Below, in pieces: positions 48,651-62,919 of a stretch of 64,000 nt of DNA. Each line of letters begins with the position of its first letter. Within the stretch, counting starts at the first letter, position 1. Under the pieces are notes generated by a model. It had not been told where the DNA came from and did not search any database. It saw nothing but the letters and a program-made list of their open reading frames with translations. Made by a program: the position numbers and the translations under genes. The stretch is from Octopus bimaculoides (lineage: Eukaryota). The stretch covers positions 39,115,555 through 39,179,554 of the forward strand of contig NC_068996.1 of assembly GCF_001194135.2 (NCBI RefSeq), in the 5' to 3' direction.

Positions 48651-51600
48651 GAATTTTCTTTTTCAGGATTTAATTTAAAAATTGTCTTGGATGAGGTATA
48701 ACATTATTTTTGTCTCTTTACAGATATGTGTTTTCACATATTCATTCAAATTAGTTTTCACGTGTTTTTCTGAAGAAATCATGGGTGGGTTCCAGAATTT
48801 GGAAATCAGAACCAGATAACAATAGAAGCGTATGGTATCAGGGAGTATATTCTGATTATTATTATTATTTTAGTTAATAACTATATAAACATATTATTAA
48901 AGTTCACTTCTTCAACATATATTTAATTTAAATAGCTATTTCAAATGCTATTTTCATTACAAATTTGGTAAATACAATCAGTATCTTTACTAAATTAGAA
49001 TAAGGAAAACATTTCTTTTTCTTTTCTTTTTTTTTTTTTTTTTAATGTGGTGGTCAATTTCTAAAGTTCTCTCTGTATACTTTCAGAAGACTGAAACAAG
49101 TCGATTGAAAATGTGATGCTGTGCAGTGTGAAACATTTAGATGAGACTGGAAAGAAATTATTCTTAGTTATTAGAGGAAGAAGGAAAGGATTGCAGATTA
49201 AGATTTAGATTAGAATAATTTACAATTAGTTTACGAAAAACATAGCTGCTCTATGTAAGAGTTAAAAAGTAATAGTTTATCTCTTTACCACTTAAGTTGC
49301 AATTTGTTGCTATATTTTCATTTAAGTAGACCAGTCTGTGTGAAAAGATACTTGTTGTTTAGTTATAGTATAAATATAATGTTATTAAATAGTATTCCTT
49401 TTGATTCATAGATACAACAGATTTCATAGTTATAGGTCCCTATAGAAAAGTAGTATTTATTGTTAAATAATCTATAATGTTTAAGAGAGTATTATATATA
49501 CTTTCACCTGTCTTAAGAATTACTATGGCAGAATCATATACCATAATAGATCAATTGTTAGAACAATATTAGCAGATGTGCCTAAACATCTTGTTTAGCA
49601 TCTTATGTGGACAATTCTTGACTTGAAGAATAGGAAATGTTAGGCTTTCTTAGATAATTCTCTTTGTCTTGCTTGTATATTTATTTATTGAAATTTGTGA
49701 ACAGCTGTGTCATTGAATTCAGGCTTCCAATGAGCCAAACAATAGTTCACTGTATGGCAAGAGTGTCAAGTGAGCATCTGTGCAGCTTGGCAGAACAAAT
49801 ACCACAAGGTGTTTTTTTGTATGAAATTTAATGGTTTATCTGTTTTCTTGCCAATGTCCACATGAGTTGCAGGCATATAAGCATAAATTTATATGTATAA
49901 ACATATATACATACATGCATACACATACAGTACACACATATCTACATATATATATATATATATACACAAATACATGCTTACACATATCTACATATATATA
50001 TACAAATACATGCTTACACATATATACATACACGCATACATGTACAGTACACACATATCTACATATATACACATATACATGCATACATATATATACATAC
50101 ATGCATACATGTACAGTACACACATATCTACATATGTACACATATACATGCATACATGTACAGTACACACATCTACATATGTACACATATACATGCATAT
50201 ACACATGCATGCACACATATATACACATGCAAAAACACACGTACATGTATACCCATACGTTCATACATACATACATATATATCCCACATCATTGCTTGAT
50301 AACCAATGTTGGTGTGTTTATGTTCCCGTGACTTAGCGGTTCGGCAAAGGGCCCGATAAAATAAGTACTAGGCTTACAAAGAATAAGGCCTGGGGGTCGA
50401 GTTACTCGACTAAAAAAAAACCCTTTAAGGCAGTGCTCCAGCATGGCAGCAGTCAGATGACTGAAACAAGTAAAAGAATGAATATATATATATTACTTAT
50501 TTGCTATATATATATGTATATATATACTCCAGTAGCATAGCTAGAATGTGTGCCACCCTGGGGCGGCCCTTTAACTTGCCGGCCCAGTCCCCCCCCACAA
50601 AAAGTACATATTGCTTACTGCAAACCCAAAAGTGGTGCCACCTGGGGTAAACAGCCCCTCTGTCCTATCTAGCTACGTCAGTGATATTCCACATAATTGT
50701 TACATATTCATACATGTACACTTCAGCAGATTTGGTTTCCACTGACTAAATTTGGCTCTCAAGGCATTGGCCAGTTCAATGTTATGATAGAATGCACTTG
50801 CCCAAGGTGTTGTATTGTGATGCATATCATTGAGCTTCTTTACTCAACAACCATGTCTGTGTTTATACCCATCTTGTAACATAGTAACTTTATGTACTAC
50901 ATTAAGTAGGTTTGGATTATTAAAGTTACAATGTTACATCTAAATTCATTTTGAATTAAAATTGAATAACAACAACAAAAAAAGTATATCATTGAAATAT
51001 TTTAATGTTATACTTTTTTTCCTTTCCATCTTTGTTATTTCATCATGTCATTCTGAGCAACCTCCATTAAAAGCCGGTTTTCCTTTCCTTTCCTCATCAA
51101 ACCAATCCTATCTTTTTGAGTTTCATTTTTTCCACATCTCTTTAATACTGTTAATATTGGAGTTGGCAGAATCGTTAAAGAGTTGGACGAAATGCTTTGT
51201 GGTGTTTTATGTTAAGGCTCTTTACATTCTGAGTTCATATCCTATTGAGGTCGACATTTTCTTTCATTCTTCAGGTTTCAGTAAAAATATGTACCAATCA
51301 AGTATTGAGATCAGTTTATAATCAGCTCTACTCTCCCTTGAGATTTCTGGTCTTGTCACAGCAAAATCCTATATTTCACAACATACTGCCAGAAATACTT
51401 CGTTTTGAGATTCTAGAAAATTAAATGAAAAAGAAAATGATTTATTTTTCTTCTATACACTCAAGTTATACATAATCTTTTGCACAGAGATATTAAGATG
51501 ACCTGTTTGCTGTATTCTAACATTGTTGCAATTAATTTTCACCTGACTAGAGAACACATTCTGTGAATTTGACAATTCTGATGTAGAATTTTTTTCTTCT

Positions 51601-51667
51601 TAACCAAAGTCTGAATACAACCGAAAACGTACCGAAAAGTTCATTTGAAAATCAAGAATTTTTGTGA
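48651..51667 (+). CDS. Tentative chain of small exons: 48651-48695, 48776-48829, 49723-49769, 51610-51667
   Basis: All AG/GT-bounded and phase-compatible, giving EFSFSGFNLKIVLDE|KSWVGSRIWKSEPDNNRS|ASNEPNNSSLYGKSVN|LNTTENVPKSSFENQEFL*; T-rich 3'UTR-like sequence follows. Hand-assembled, protein unrecognised. Confidence 0.25.
49890..50285. repeat. Compound (TACA/CA/TA)n microsatellite, followed by a SINE A tail to about 50480
   Basis: Direct reading. Confidence 0.9.
50530..50683. mobile_element. Short hAT-like MITE
   Basis: CAGTAGCATAGCTAG / CTAGCTACGTCAGTG IRs; TSD only partly matching. Confidence 0.6.
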
Positions 51668-52445
51668 AATACAAAGCTTTTTTTTTTTTTTTTTTTAAAC
51701 ATTATAATTAACAATGTTTTTATTTTTGGAGGGGGTAAAAAAAAGGCCTTTTTTTAAAAAAAAATATTTGAAATATTTTTTATTGTTGGATTGTATATTT
51801 TTATTACTTTCCCTTTTTTTTATGGTCAGGATACATTTTTTACTGGTGTACTTCAAATTATTATTATGTCCTGTTTAGTATTTAATTAAATGCGCATTTA
51901 ATTATTTTTATTTTATTTTTTGAAAAAATATTATTAACATTGTATTATTTATTTATTTATTCTATTCTATTTTGTATTGAACTTTTTTTCTTGAAATGCA
52001 ACATTTTTCGGTTTATCATCAAATTATTATCTACATTATTTCTGACAAAAAAAAAAAACATTGTCGGAGTTTTTGAATGTTTGAGACATTACAAAATATA
52101 GCTGTGGGGAAAAAAGAAAAAAAAACAATCATCATTTCATCATATCATGAAAATGTAAATATCTTGCATAATTCTCTCATTTTTATAGTAAATTTGGATC
52201 TCATGCTTCTTAAATTCTGGCAGTATAATTTTCTCATACTGAATTGCTAAACTATTGTAGAAGAAGCATTATTTTTTTGTTTCCCATCCTTAATTTAAAA
52301 TTTTAACTCTTTTATTATGATCATTTTTGGAGAGTTCTATTTGAAATCATTTATATGTAACATTCTCTTGATTTTTCTTTATGGTAATTTGTTTAAAATA
52401 TTTTTTTCCACTAATATTGAAATAATATTATTGTTCATTACTTTT

Positions 52446-54422
52446 ACCATTTGGGAATGTTCCTTGGCACTATATATTTTGCTATTTAGGAATGTCCCTT
52501 GGTGCTATTTCCCTTCTCATTTGGCGTCCTTTGATACTGCTTCTCTTGCCATATATATGTCCTCTGGGGCTATCTTTTTCTTCCATTTAGAGATATCTTG
52601 ACAGAGAAACCCTAGTGCTATAAATATATTTCTTGCTAAAAGATGCTGCTTGGCCAGTTCCCTGGCTATACACATATTTCTCTTGCCATTTGGGGATGTC
52701 TCCTGGCACTCTTTATTTCTCTTGCCATTTGGGGCTACCTGTCCCCTGGTGCTAAAAAAAAATATTAAACCTATTTCTCTTGCCATTTGGGTATAATCCC
52801 TGGTACTACTTATTTCTTTCATTCATATCTGTTTCTTCTCACTTTTCCTTCAGCTTGCCATTTTGTAACATCTGTTTCCTGGCACTATATTTGTGTGTGT
52901 ATGTGTATTATACTTCTATCTATATCTGCTTCTTGTGCCATATGGGCATGACCCTCGACACTGTTCATTTCTGTTGTCTGTATTTCTCTTGCTACTTGGG
53001 TACATTTATACCCTTGTGCTAATTATTTTTGTCCTTATTTGCATCTACTTTTCCTGCCATGGGGGTATAACCCCTGCAACTACTTACTTCTCTTGCCATA
53101 TGGGGTTGTCCCCTGGCACTCACCCTTGCCATATGGGAATATCAGTTCCCTGGCCCTTTTTATTTTCTCTTACCTCTATTAACCTTACCATACGAAAATA
53201 TCTAACCCCTGGCATTATTTTATTTCTCTGATGTCTATCTATCGATATTGCTATATAGGGATATCTGTCCCTTGATGCTATATATTTCTCTTACCTCTAT
53301 TTAACTGCCATTTGGAGATGTCTTAAATGCTATTTTATTCTTCTCATTTCTACCTTGCCATTTGGGACTAAGTTCCCTGGCATTATATATTTTTCTTATT
53401 CTATCTATTTGATTTGCCATTTGGGAGATAGCTGTCCCCTGGCATTATATATTTCTCTTCCTTCTATCTATTTGTCTAAGGATGTCCATCTCCTGGCACT
53501 ATATAGTTTCTCTTACTTCGATTATTCTTGCTGTGTGAGGCTATCTTCCTAAGTGCTATTATATTTTTCTTACCTCTATTTCCTTGTCTTGCTACTTGGG
53601 GATATCTGTCCTCTGGTGCTATATATTTCTCTCAACCACTATCTATTTGTCTTACATTTCGGGATATCCTTCCCTAGATACTATCTTATTTCTGTTGCTA
53701 TATGGAGATGTCCCCTGGCTTTCTTGCTTATATCTATTTTTTTCTTGTTGATGATCTACTTCCTCTTGTATCTTTTATGTTTTGTGACACTATTTAAATT
53801 CCTCTTGCCACACACATATAGTAAAATATGTTTTTTATTTTACTATATATAATAAAATATTCTCTCATAGTGTTTTAAAACCCACCTTGGGATTTATTAT
53901 CAGGCCATATACCCAGATTTTGATTCAATTGCCATTTTTTCTTGGTAACATTTGAAGTCATTCCCTGGTAATATTTCCCATTGGGGATATTCCTAGCACA
54001 ATACCCTTCTCATATTTTGTTCTATTACCGGTGGAGGTTGCCTCATTGTTTTTGTATTGCCATTTGGGGATATCTCCCCTGGCAGTGTTTCTGTTATTTT
54101 GATGATGGTATTTATATTGCCATTTGGGAATATTCCCTGGCAATCTTTTTAGTTATGCCATTTGGGGATATCCCTGGCAAAATTACCCATGGCTGCCTTA
54201 TTGTCTTTTGGTAATGTACCCTAATCGTTTTTCTTTTGCCAAATATGGATGTTCTGATGCAGCACTGTATTTTTGTTGTTGCCATTTGGGGTATTCCCCT
54301 GGTACTTTTATTGATACTATTTTTCTCAATCATCCTATTTTTGCTTTCGGGATGTTCCCTCATACATCCTGTTTCTGTTTCAAGCTCTTCTGTTGCTATT
54401 TGGAGTTTGTCTCCTGGCAAAT
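52446..54422. repeat. Degenerate array of about 30 units TGCCATTTGGGGATAT(n)CCCTGGCA with variable pyrimidine-rich spacers
   Basis: Units read directly, e.g. 52684-52709, 53355-53382, 54059-54084, 54118-54141, 54157-54179. Confidence 0.9.
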
Positions 54423-55839
54423 GTAACTGCTTGTTTGCTTAGAAATGTTATTTATCAGAGATCTTTTGCTATCACTTTGCTTTCTGCTGCTATGTAAAAA
54501 AATATCTTAGGATCCATTATCATTCCTGAAATTTCCTTCCTGTTTTGTTCTCTGCTAAATACATTTTGAAACCTGAAATAGATTTCACGTTTTAATAACC
54601 TTTCCCTCTATGCTGCTTGATTTTCATGGCTCAAAAGTTATATCTGGTCATAACCTTCTTTACCATAGTTTCTGTCAGGAATCTATATCTTATCACCAGT
54701 TCTTTTTTGTGTGTTAGCTGTTGGAGACTAATTCCATTGATGTCTCTGGTTTTGCAGCTGTGTCCTTCAGTTCCTTAAAAAGTTTCCTTTTCTGTTTTTG
54801 CTTTACATGAATGTTCTTGTAGCATCAAAGATTCCTTGTGGTTTTGCTGATTCTTCCCTTACATATTTATGCGTTGACAATTCCATGTCATTTTTCTACT
54901 AATATTATTGAAAAGTAGTTCCTCTCACCACCATTTCCATTATGCCATTTTGGAGTATTTGTTTCTCTTGTCTTTCAATTGCTAGTGACACTGATATTCT
55001 TTGATTATGGCAGTTCACACACACATACCATGATGGAACTTGAATCCCCCCTTTGAAACATCAAACTTACAAATCTCTCTAAACAAAATCACCCATAGTG
55101 TTTTAGTTTTCAAGATGGAGATTTTTGGTGTTTTTCATCAATCTCCTTTGATATTACAATTTAGCCGCGACTTCCGCAAACTAAAATTATCAGACTTATT
55201 GGAAATCATTTTCGAAGATTCTTTGTCATATTCCCTGCTCCATTTTCTGCGGAAAATTTTCATTCCATAGATTCAATCATCAAACAGAAGCATAATTTTC
55301 TTCGAAGCATCGGAGATTCACTCAATCTCCTTTCTTATGAAAAGAATTAAATGAAAAATAAAAACATTCATCATAAAACTTCGTTTTACTTTCTTTTTGT
55401 GTTTACATTGTTATTTTCATTTTTTTCTTTCAGAATTCATTTTAATAGGTTCTCTAGCATTTGATTCAAAATTAGGAAGTAAAAAAAAAAACAAACAAAA
55501 AAACGCATTTCTGACAGTATTTCTTTTTGTACAGATAATTCCAAACGACCATTTGCTGAAAGTTATTTTATTCTTCATTATGGCATGGGTTAGAAAAGAG
55601 GATGTCTATTTTTAAGTAATACCTATTTTCAGCTTTTTAGACAAATCCAGGAAACAGAAAGCATTATGTAAATGCAGATAAGTTGAAATCATAGCTTATT
55701 TCATTAGTTAACCGCATAACAAACAGTTGAATCAGGGTATGCCATTAACTTATTGCTGTTTGGAGATCAAATGGTAAGGTTACTTCTGAGGTTAAAAGAA
55801 TTAGTTCTTTGTATTTTTTTTATTATTATTATCATATAA

Positions 55840-56046
55840 GGTAGTGAGCTGGTAGAATTGTTAGCATGCTGGATGAAGTGCTTAGTGATATTTTGCTGGT
55901 CGCTATGTTCTGAGTTCAAATTCTGCCTAGATCAGCTTTGCCTTTCATCCTTCCAGGGTCGATAAATTAAGTAGCAGTGAAGTATTGGGGTCCATGAAAT
56001 TGACTTACACTCTCCCCCAAAATTGCTGCCTTTGTGGCAAAATTTG
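55840..56046 (+). mobile_element. SINE family C; further copies at about 51160-51322 and 56710-56875
   Basis: GAGTTCAAATTCTGCC...CTTTGCCTTTCATCCTTCCAGGGTCGATAAATTAAGTA. Confidence 0.85.
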
Positions 56047-57659
56047 AAAAGTTTTTTTATAAGTACAAGTGCACCCAGTCCCCCACCAAATATAGTGATG
56101 GGAATTAAAACTGAAGAATGTTAAGTGAGGTTTTATTTTGCAAGCAAAAACCTGCCTCTGGTTGAGATATGAGAAGGCAAATGAAATGAATCAGAGAAAT
56201 TAAATGCTCTTGAGTTAGCTTTAAACAAGAATCAAATTATAAAATACTATATATTTTAACCCAAGTATATTGGAAAAAGGTGTTTATTCAAATGGCTTTT
56301 ATTTAAGGTTCTTAACTAGATAGGCGAATAATATGTCTCCGGTTCAATGCAAAAGTGACTGGTTTCAAAATTTTCGGTTTAAGAAAATGTAATTCGATTA
56401 AAATAAATACATTGGAAAATTTAAATTTGCTTGTAGCCAAATTATGAGATTATCTCCCCTACCAATCTTTGCCTATCACACTGGTCGAGCGACTTGTTAG
56501 AAATAGCTTACTTATCCTTAAATCCTATGGTCTCACAAAGTAGGGCACACTTTGGATGATGTATTAGTGTGTAATCTTGAAAAGGAAGGTGGCTAGAATA
56601 CTTACGATTGTCTACTCCTTCAGGCGTTCAAATAACTATTGTACTGGTTTAATTATCTCCCCTTAAAAGATTTTTAATACCACTTGAGAGTTTTATCACA
56701 GATACAAAGGCCACAAGCTGGCAGAATCCTTAGCATTTTGTCTCTACATTCTTGAGTTCAAATTCCATTAAGGTCAATTTCACCTTTCAGTGTCAGTGAA
56801 ATACCAGTTGAGTACTGGGGTCAGTCTAATCAACTAGCCCCCAAATTTCAGGCCTTTTCCATATAGTAGAAAAGATTGTCACAGTCCATGTTAAGTTCGC
56901 TTTGTAGCTCTGTAGTATCCTTGCGTGGAATTATAACCTGATTGATAAATAGTCTGGGAGTTGAGTTTAGTGAGATGGGAACTGCCAAAATTTCATTACA
57001 ATATATCTTCTTTATTTAACATCTAGTCTTCCATCCTGGCATGGGTTGGATCGTTCAACACGATCAGACAAGCCATAGGACTACCTTCTGCTTTAAAGTC
57101 TACTTCGGTTGGACCAACCACTTCACTGCACTGTAGGTGCTTTTATTTGTAGCATTAGCAACTTTACAAAGTGATGTGCAACATGAGACCTCCCCTTCCA
57201 CCTCAACTGAGTAGGATAAAATATTGAAGGATGTGAGAGGGTCAGGAAGAGGTGTCCTACTGAAAGGGTGAATAAATGACTTCTCCAGCTGTAAAGAGAG
57301 ACAAACAGAAAAGGTGGAAATATACCCGTAAGGTGAATATGACAGCATAAGGGTTGAACAGAAAATGTAGGTGGTGGGTGGGTAGGTACCCTAGAGTGAA
57401 AAGTGCGTGATAGATAATTAGAGATGGGGAACAAGGTAGTTACAGTAAATATCAGTTTGGGGGAAGGGGATAAGTAATACTATAGTTAAAATGATTGTCA
57501 GAAGGTATAAAAAAAAAGACCCTGTATTCTGTAGGTGAAATCTCTGTGGTATATGTTTTGCAGCAAGTCACACTTAACATCAGAAATGTAATGATTAACT
57601 CGGAAGCTTGTAATCAATTGTGATATAACAAAATCACACATCTACTAGATGCTTAAAAA

Positions 57660-57780
57660 AGGGTAAAGATCCCCTTCGGTCATGAATGAACATGGGATTG
57701 CACCTATAAAGTTCCTCTGTGAGGCAAAAGTCTGGGCAAGGTTGTTAGCAGTCACCTATGCATACCAGCCTCCCCTCTGT
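57660..57780 (-). mobile_element. SINE family D, 3' fragment
   Basis: AAAGATCCCCTTCGGTCATGAATG...GCATACCAGCCTCCCCTCT. Confidence 0.75.
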
Positions 57781-59536
57781 CGCGACTCATTTTTATGGAT
57801 GAGTGAAAAGAGCACAATACACAACTTGGTCCGAGTCTTGTGGTGATGAGTCCTAGCTTACAGCCCACCATTGCATGCCAATGAAGCATCTACAGAAAAA
57901 ACGGGTTTAAAAATTATAGATTTAGTACAATACTACAGGCAATTCAAGAATATCAAAATTGTAAAAAACGACAAAGTGCACAGCAATTTCATTTGTATAA
58001 AATTTATTATGGAAATGTTTATAAATATATTATTATTGCATGTAAGATACAGAAATTGCAATACTTCTAACTGCTTACAAAATTGAAATTAATTTAGAAA
58101 AATATTACAAAAATAATCAGTTTGATAGCAATTTAGCAAATACAGAAAAATAATTGAGAAACTAGATATCCCAATTGTCTTTATTTTCAAAAGACCATGT
58201 TAAAACCAGAACAGAAGGTCATCTTGAGAACAGTTCAAAAATATCTGATTAGAACCCGCAATGTTTATAATTGGGGATTTAACATTTAAGCCTTTTCTTT
58301 TTAGTCTAACATTGAAGTCTTAACTAGTAAACACAGCCCAACCACTTAATTACATTAACAAGATCAGTCCCCAAAACCAATTCATCTATTTTTTAAAAAA
58401 AAGTGATAAAGGGATGAATGAAAATTTATTTTAAAAACTGATTAAACTTTTACGATTACTATAAAATTTTTATCTTGCATGTCAAGGTAACAATTGAGCA
58501 GTTTTTAACTTTATTTTATCCTCTAGCAAGAAAAATCATTGCTTAATTTTGTAAGTAAATGCTGAAGTGAACTATTGTTTATTATGCAGCAGAAACAAAA
58601 TCTTAGAACAACTGATTCGATACTGTAAAACTTTAAAAAAATAAGGCACAAATAAGAGGGTGGAATCCTCCATATCAAAAAATTTAGAAAGTGCTTTTTT
58701 AAAAAACTTTTTGCACTGATTAAAATCTTAAGATAAAAACTAAACTCTTAAATATTTTCAATACAAGGATATGTTGAGACAACCTAGCTTTTGCAAAAAT
58801 GAAGGCACTAATGTTTAGCAAATATATTCAGAAATGGTCAAGATTCTACACAATAATAGTCAAGAAAGGAAGTTTTTGATAAATGCAAACAATAGAATTC
58901 CTTGTTAAGAAACTATACTACTTGGTAATATGATAGAGACAAATTTAGTGTTATATTAAGAAAATCATGTGAAAAACTAATAACAGAAACTTTAATGCTG
59001 ATGTTTGATACAATTATTAATTTCATAATGGATTAAAAACTTTGGGAAATAGAAATTATGAGAGTGGAAAAGAAAGGCACATTTTTGGTTTATATATAGT
59101 TATTTACAGTTTATTAGGAAAAAAAAAAAATAGAGTTTTAACTCAACAACAGTAGATAATTTGTTTGCTTAGTTTTGTGCTTGAACCAAAAAAAAAAAAA
59201 AATACATATAACCGCAAACATGTTTGGTACAAAAAAAAAAAAGAAGCAAAATAAATTATTGAAAGAATGCAAGACATGCTATTTATATATGTTAGGTGAT
59301 AAAACTTTAAAATCATTAATGTAGCCATTTAGCAAAAATGCCATAATCACAAAGCTAAGGTTATAAAGACAAAGACTCTTGGTAATTTAGAATTAAGAAT
59401 AATGAATTATGTAATATATTTCGGGTACTTTTTTTGGATACAAATTTCATCACACAAAACTATAAATATTTATATAGTATGTATATATTTTTTAATATTT
59501 CACTTAGGCGTAGCAAAACTAATAACCTACTGTTAG

Positions 59537-59720
59537 AACTCTATGCAGATGCTTCAGAAAAGAGCATCAGTTGCGTACAGAGCATAATATGAGATTGAAT
59601 AAGTGACAAGAGAGTAGAGATCATGTAATGATGTTCATTAGCTTACAACTGTTTCTGCTATAATATGCAATGCACTCAGAGCTGAGCACTTGTGTACTGC
59701 TTAAAGATGAAACAAGTACA
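59537..59720 (+). mobile_element. Possible BEL/Pao RNase H remnant
   Basis: ELYADASEKSISCV resembles the Pao LHxFxDASEKAY motif; the rest is too decayed to confirm. Confidence 0.25.
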
Positions 59721-59793
59721 TAACTACGACTACAATGCACTGCAAGCTAATGAAATTTATTACTTAATTTCGTGTTCCATTATCATTTTTCCA

Positions 59794-59826
<33 letters not shown>

Positions 59827-61699
59827 GCAACAGTAACGAAATAGTTATGTAGTAACTACATAAACAGGGTTTATACTACTAAATAAAGTTGCTTCACTTG
59901 CTACAAAGTAGTAGCTGGTAAGAATATTTCTAAACTACAATATATTGATAGCAGTTTGGAGTCTCCTGGGATCAGACCTCCTGGATCAACAAAACAACCA
60001 GAAAGAGTGGCTAAAGGCCAGATATACTCCATTCCAGTTCATCAATGCAGCTAAATTTCATTCACTTCACTATGCCATTTGAAAGTAGAACAGAAGAAGC
60101 TTATGTTCTAGACTGAAAAAATACACCAGCTTGGCCAAAAAGCCTAAGAGAAGCCAACTTCCAGGTCAAGGTTTGAGCCAGAGGTTTTGTAGGCAAATCT
60201 ACTTACAAGCATATGAAACAACTGTCAGTTCTCTGGGAAGAAAAGGACCATAGCCCTAAAAGAAATCTCAGAAGCTGCTGACATGTGTTGAAGTTGGATC
60301 TGATTGAGCGGTATGCTTATTTAACGTACGCTAAGGGAGGTAACTCAGAGTGAGTTACAGTGGTCGTGTAGATGGCAGTGTTGACTCTTGATGTTTTAAC
60401 CCTACCAACGTTATTTCTAAACTCAGGGAATATAAGTTTGAATGCAGATGCAATGGAAAGGAGTTCCAGCTAGATATTGTTTAAGGGAAAAATATTTCCA
60501 TACAAGTTTAAATGCTCTGATATCCAAGTGGCTATAAAATATCAACAGAAAGGCACCATGGTGACATAACCTAAAATGCAGCCTGGTCCCCTTAGAGTAT
60601 AAGATATAAGAAATTAAGAGCTAAAACACTTGTGTGAGGTGGGGTGGGCTGGGAGGTTATTTCTTCTGAAGACCATCTGAGTTTCTTATTGCTATACAAG
60701 GTAGAACCTAAAATACAACACACACAGACATATTGTTGTGTGGTATAGAAGTTTTACTTTATGAAAGTAATTTGAGCTATCTTCTGCCATAACCCACCAT
60801 ATGTGTGTGTGTACAGGAAGAAAAAAAAAATCGGTGCATTGAAGAGTACAAAAAAAAAAAAAAAAAAANNNNNNNNNNNNNNNNNNNNNNNNNNNNNNNN
60901 NNNNNNNNNNNNNNNNNNNNNNNNNNNNNNNNNNNNNNNNNNNNNNNNNNNNNNNNNNNNNNNNNNNNNNNNNNNNNNNNNNNNNNNNNNNNNNNNNNNN
61001 NNNNNNNNNNNNNNNNNNNNNNNNNNNNNNNNNNNNNNNNNNNNNNNNNNNNNNNNNNNNNNNNNNNNNNNNNNNNNNNNNNNNNNNNNNNNNNNNNNNN
61101 NNNNNNNNNNNNNNNNNNNNNNNNNNNNNNNNNNNNNNNNNNNNNNNNNNNNNNNNNNNNNNNNNNNNNNNNNNNNNNNNNNNNNNNNNNNNNNNNNNNN
61201 NNNNNNNNNNNNNNNNNNNNNNNNNNNNNNNNNNNNNNNNNNNNNNNNNNNNNNNNNNAAACAGAGAGAGGATGAAAAATACTTATAGATTTAGTGGTCA
61301 AGCATGGCGAATACATATATATATTAAACTGTTGGTCAGGTGCTTTTGGGTGGCGATCAACAGAGTCTGGAGCAATTGTACGAGTGAGTGGACAAACAAA
61401 AGAAGAGCACTCATGTATGTATGTATATAGAGATATATAGATTTTTTTTTTTGATAGTTTGCTACATAAATGTCTACAGAATTATTACAATAATCACACA
61501 GACATAGCTTGCATGATTAAGGAATTTTCTTCACAACCATATGATTCTCAGTTTGTTCCCACAGTATACTGTATTAGACAAGTGTTTCCAACCAAGGCTA
61601 CAAACCTGCCAATACCTTGTAAGTGGTTTTCGGGTAATTGGAACCTGTGCAGTGGTCTGTTGTGTGCATGTATACAGATATATGTCTGTAGTGGAAGTG

Positions 61700-61880
61700 C
61701 GTAGCTTAGGGGGTTAATCATAAAATTGTGGTTTCAATTACTGGATTGGGTGATGTGTTTGTGTTCTTTTGTCATTTCACATTACTCCAGTCCACTCAGC
61801 TGACAAAAGTGAGGAAATCCTACAATGGACTGGCGTCCCGTCCAGGAAGTTGAGGTGGGATATACATACTTTAGAATTCA
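61700..61880 (+). mobile_element. SINE with a V-domain-like core
   Basis: ATGGACTGGCGTCCCGTCCAGG at about 61824-61845 resembles the V-SINE core as recalled; preceded by CTCCAGTCCACTCAGCTG. Confidence 0.5.
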
Positions 61881-62233
61881 GCCCTATAAGTCTGTATGAC
61901 TCAGAAAGGAACATATTATATATTTGTATATGTTTGTATGTGTGCGCATATCATCAAAGAATATATAAACATCAGCAAGGAAAATTGAAGAAAAGAACAT
62001 AGTCCTTCAACATACATCAAGCTGCTGACATTTCCATGTCATTTGCTCTTATTAGAAATGCAGCATACCATTGACTGCCCTGTTGGAAACAGTAAACTAA
62101 TGACTATCATTCCTAAATAGCAATCTAAAATAATTGATTAAACTGGATATATATATGTATAAATTTTATTAACAAAAAAAATTCTTTTAAATAAAACAAG
62201 TAGAAAGATATATTTTTCAACATGTGAATACTG

Positions 62234-62698
62234 TCCTTGCTGGAATGCAAATTCCGAGCCTTCAGTTAGGTAAGGGCATGTACCACAATTAGGTTGTCTG
62301 CATTTTTTAACTTTTGGTGTCGTTTGTATTGAGTATAACTGTTGGTATTGTTTGCATTTTAGTAGTTTGTGTGTATTTAGGATGCTGTTCATTTTCGGGT
62401 CTTGAGTGAGCCGAGGGAGATTTTGTGTAATTGTGTTATATGCTTCATTGTTTCCAGGGTTGTGAGTTGATATGTATGGGTGTGATTTAGGGTGAGGTGT
62501 GGTGTTTTGTTTTGTTGTCCTTAGTGTATTTGTGTCCAATTTCTTCACACATTTAATTCCATGTTCTATGAGTGTAGGTGGGTACTGACGTTCATTGAGT
62601 GTTATTTTGAGTTCTTGTAAGCGAAGTTCCCGAGTGGTTGTGTCAGATACAATTGTACAGATCCTTTTTGATAGATTTTATCCTTTATATATGCTGTT
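62234..62698 (-). mobile_element. Penelope-like element fragment (RT thumb to pre-GIY-YIG Cys linker)
   Basis: Open frame KRICTIVSDTTTRELRLQELKITLNERQYPPTLIEHGIKC...PYISTHNPGN...KVKKCRQPNCGTCPYLTEGSEFAF. Confidence 0.85.
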
Positions 62699-62919
62699 CA
62701 GTATTTATGTATTGAAAAATATATCTTTCTACTTGTTCTACAATACATTTCAATGCTTCAAAAAACAAACTTGTGTTTGTTTACAAATGATGTAACCCAT
62801 TAAATAAGTTTACAATTCATAAATACATTTTGCATTATTGAAGACAAAAATGACTTTTTTTTTCTATCTTGCCAGGTTAAGTAATCAAAGCTCTTTTTTT
62901 TCTTATTTTTAATTTATAA

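Noticed and set aside
52446-54422. CRISPR interpretation of the repeat-spacer array
   Set aside because: Eukaryotic context, no cas genes, repeats too degenerate, spacers low-complexity and variable in length
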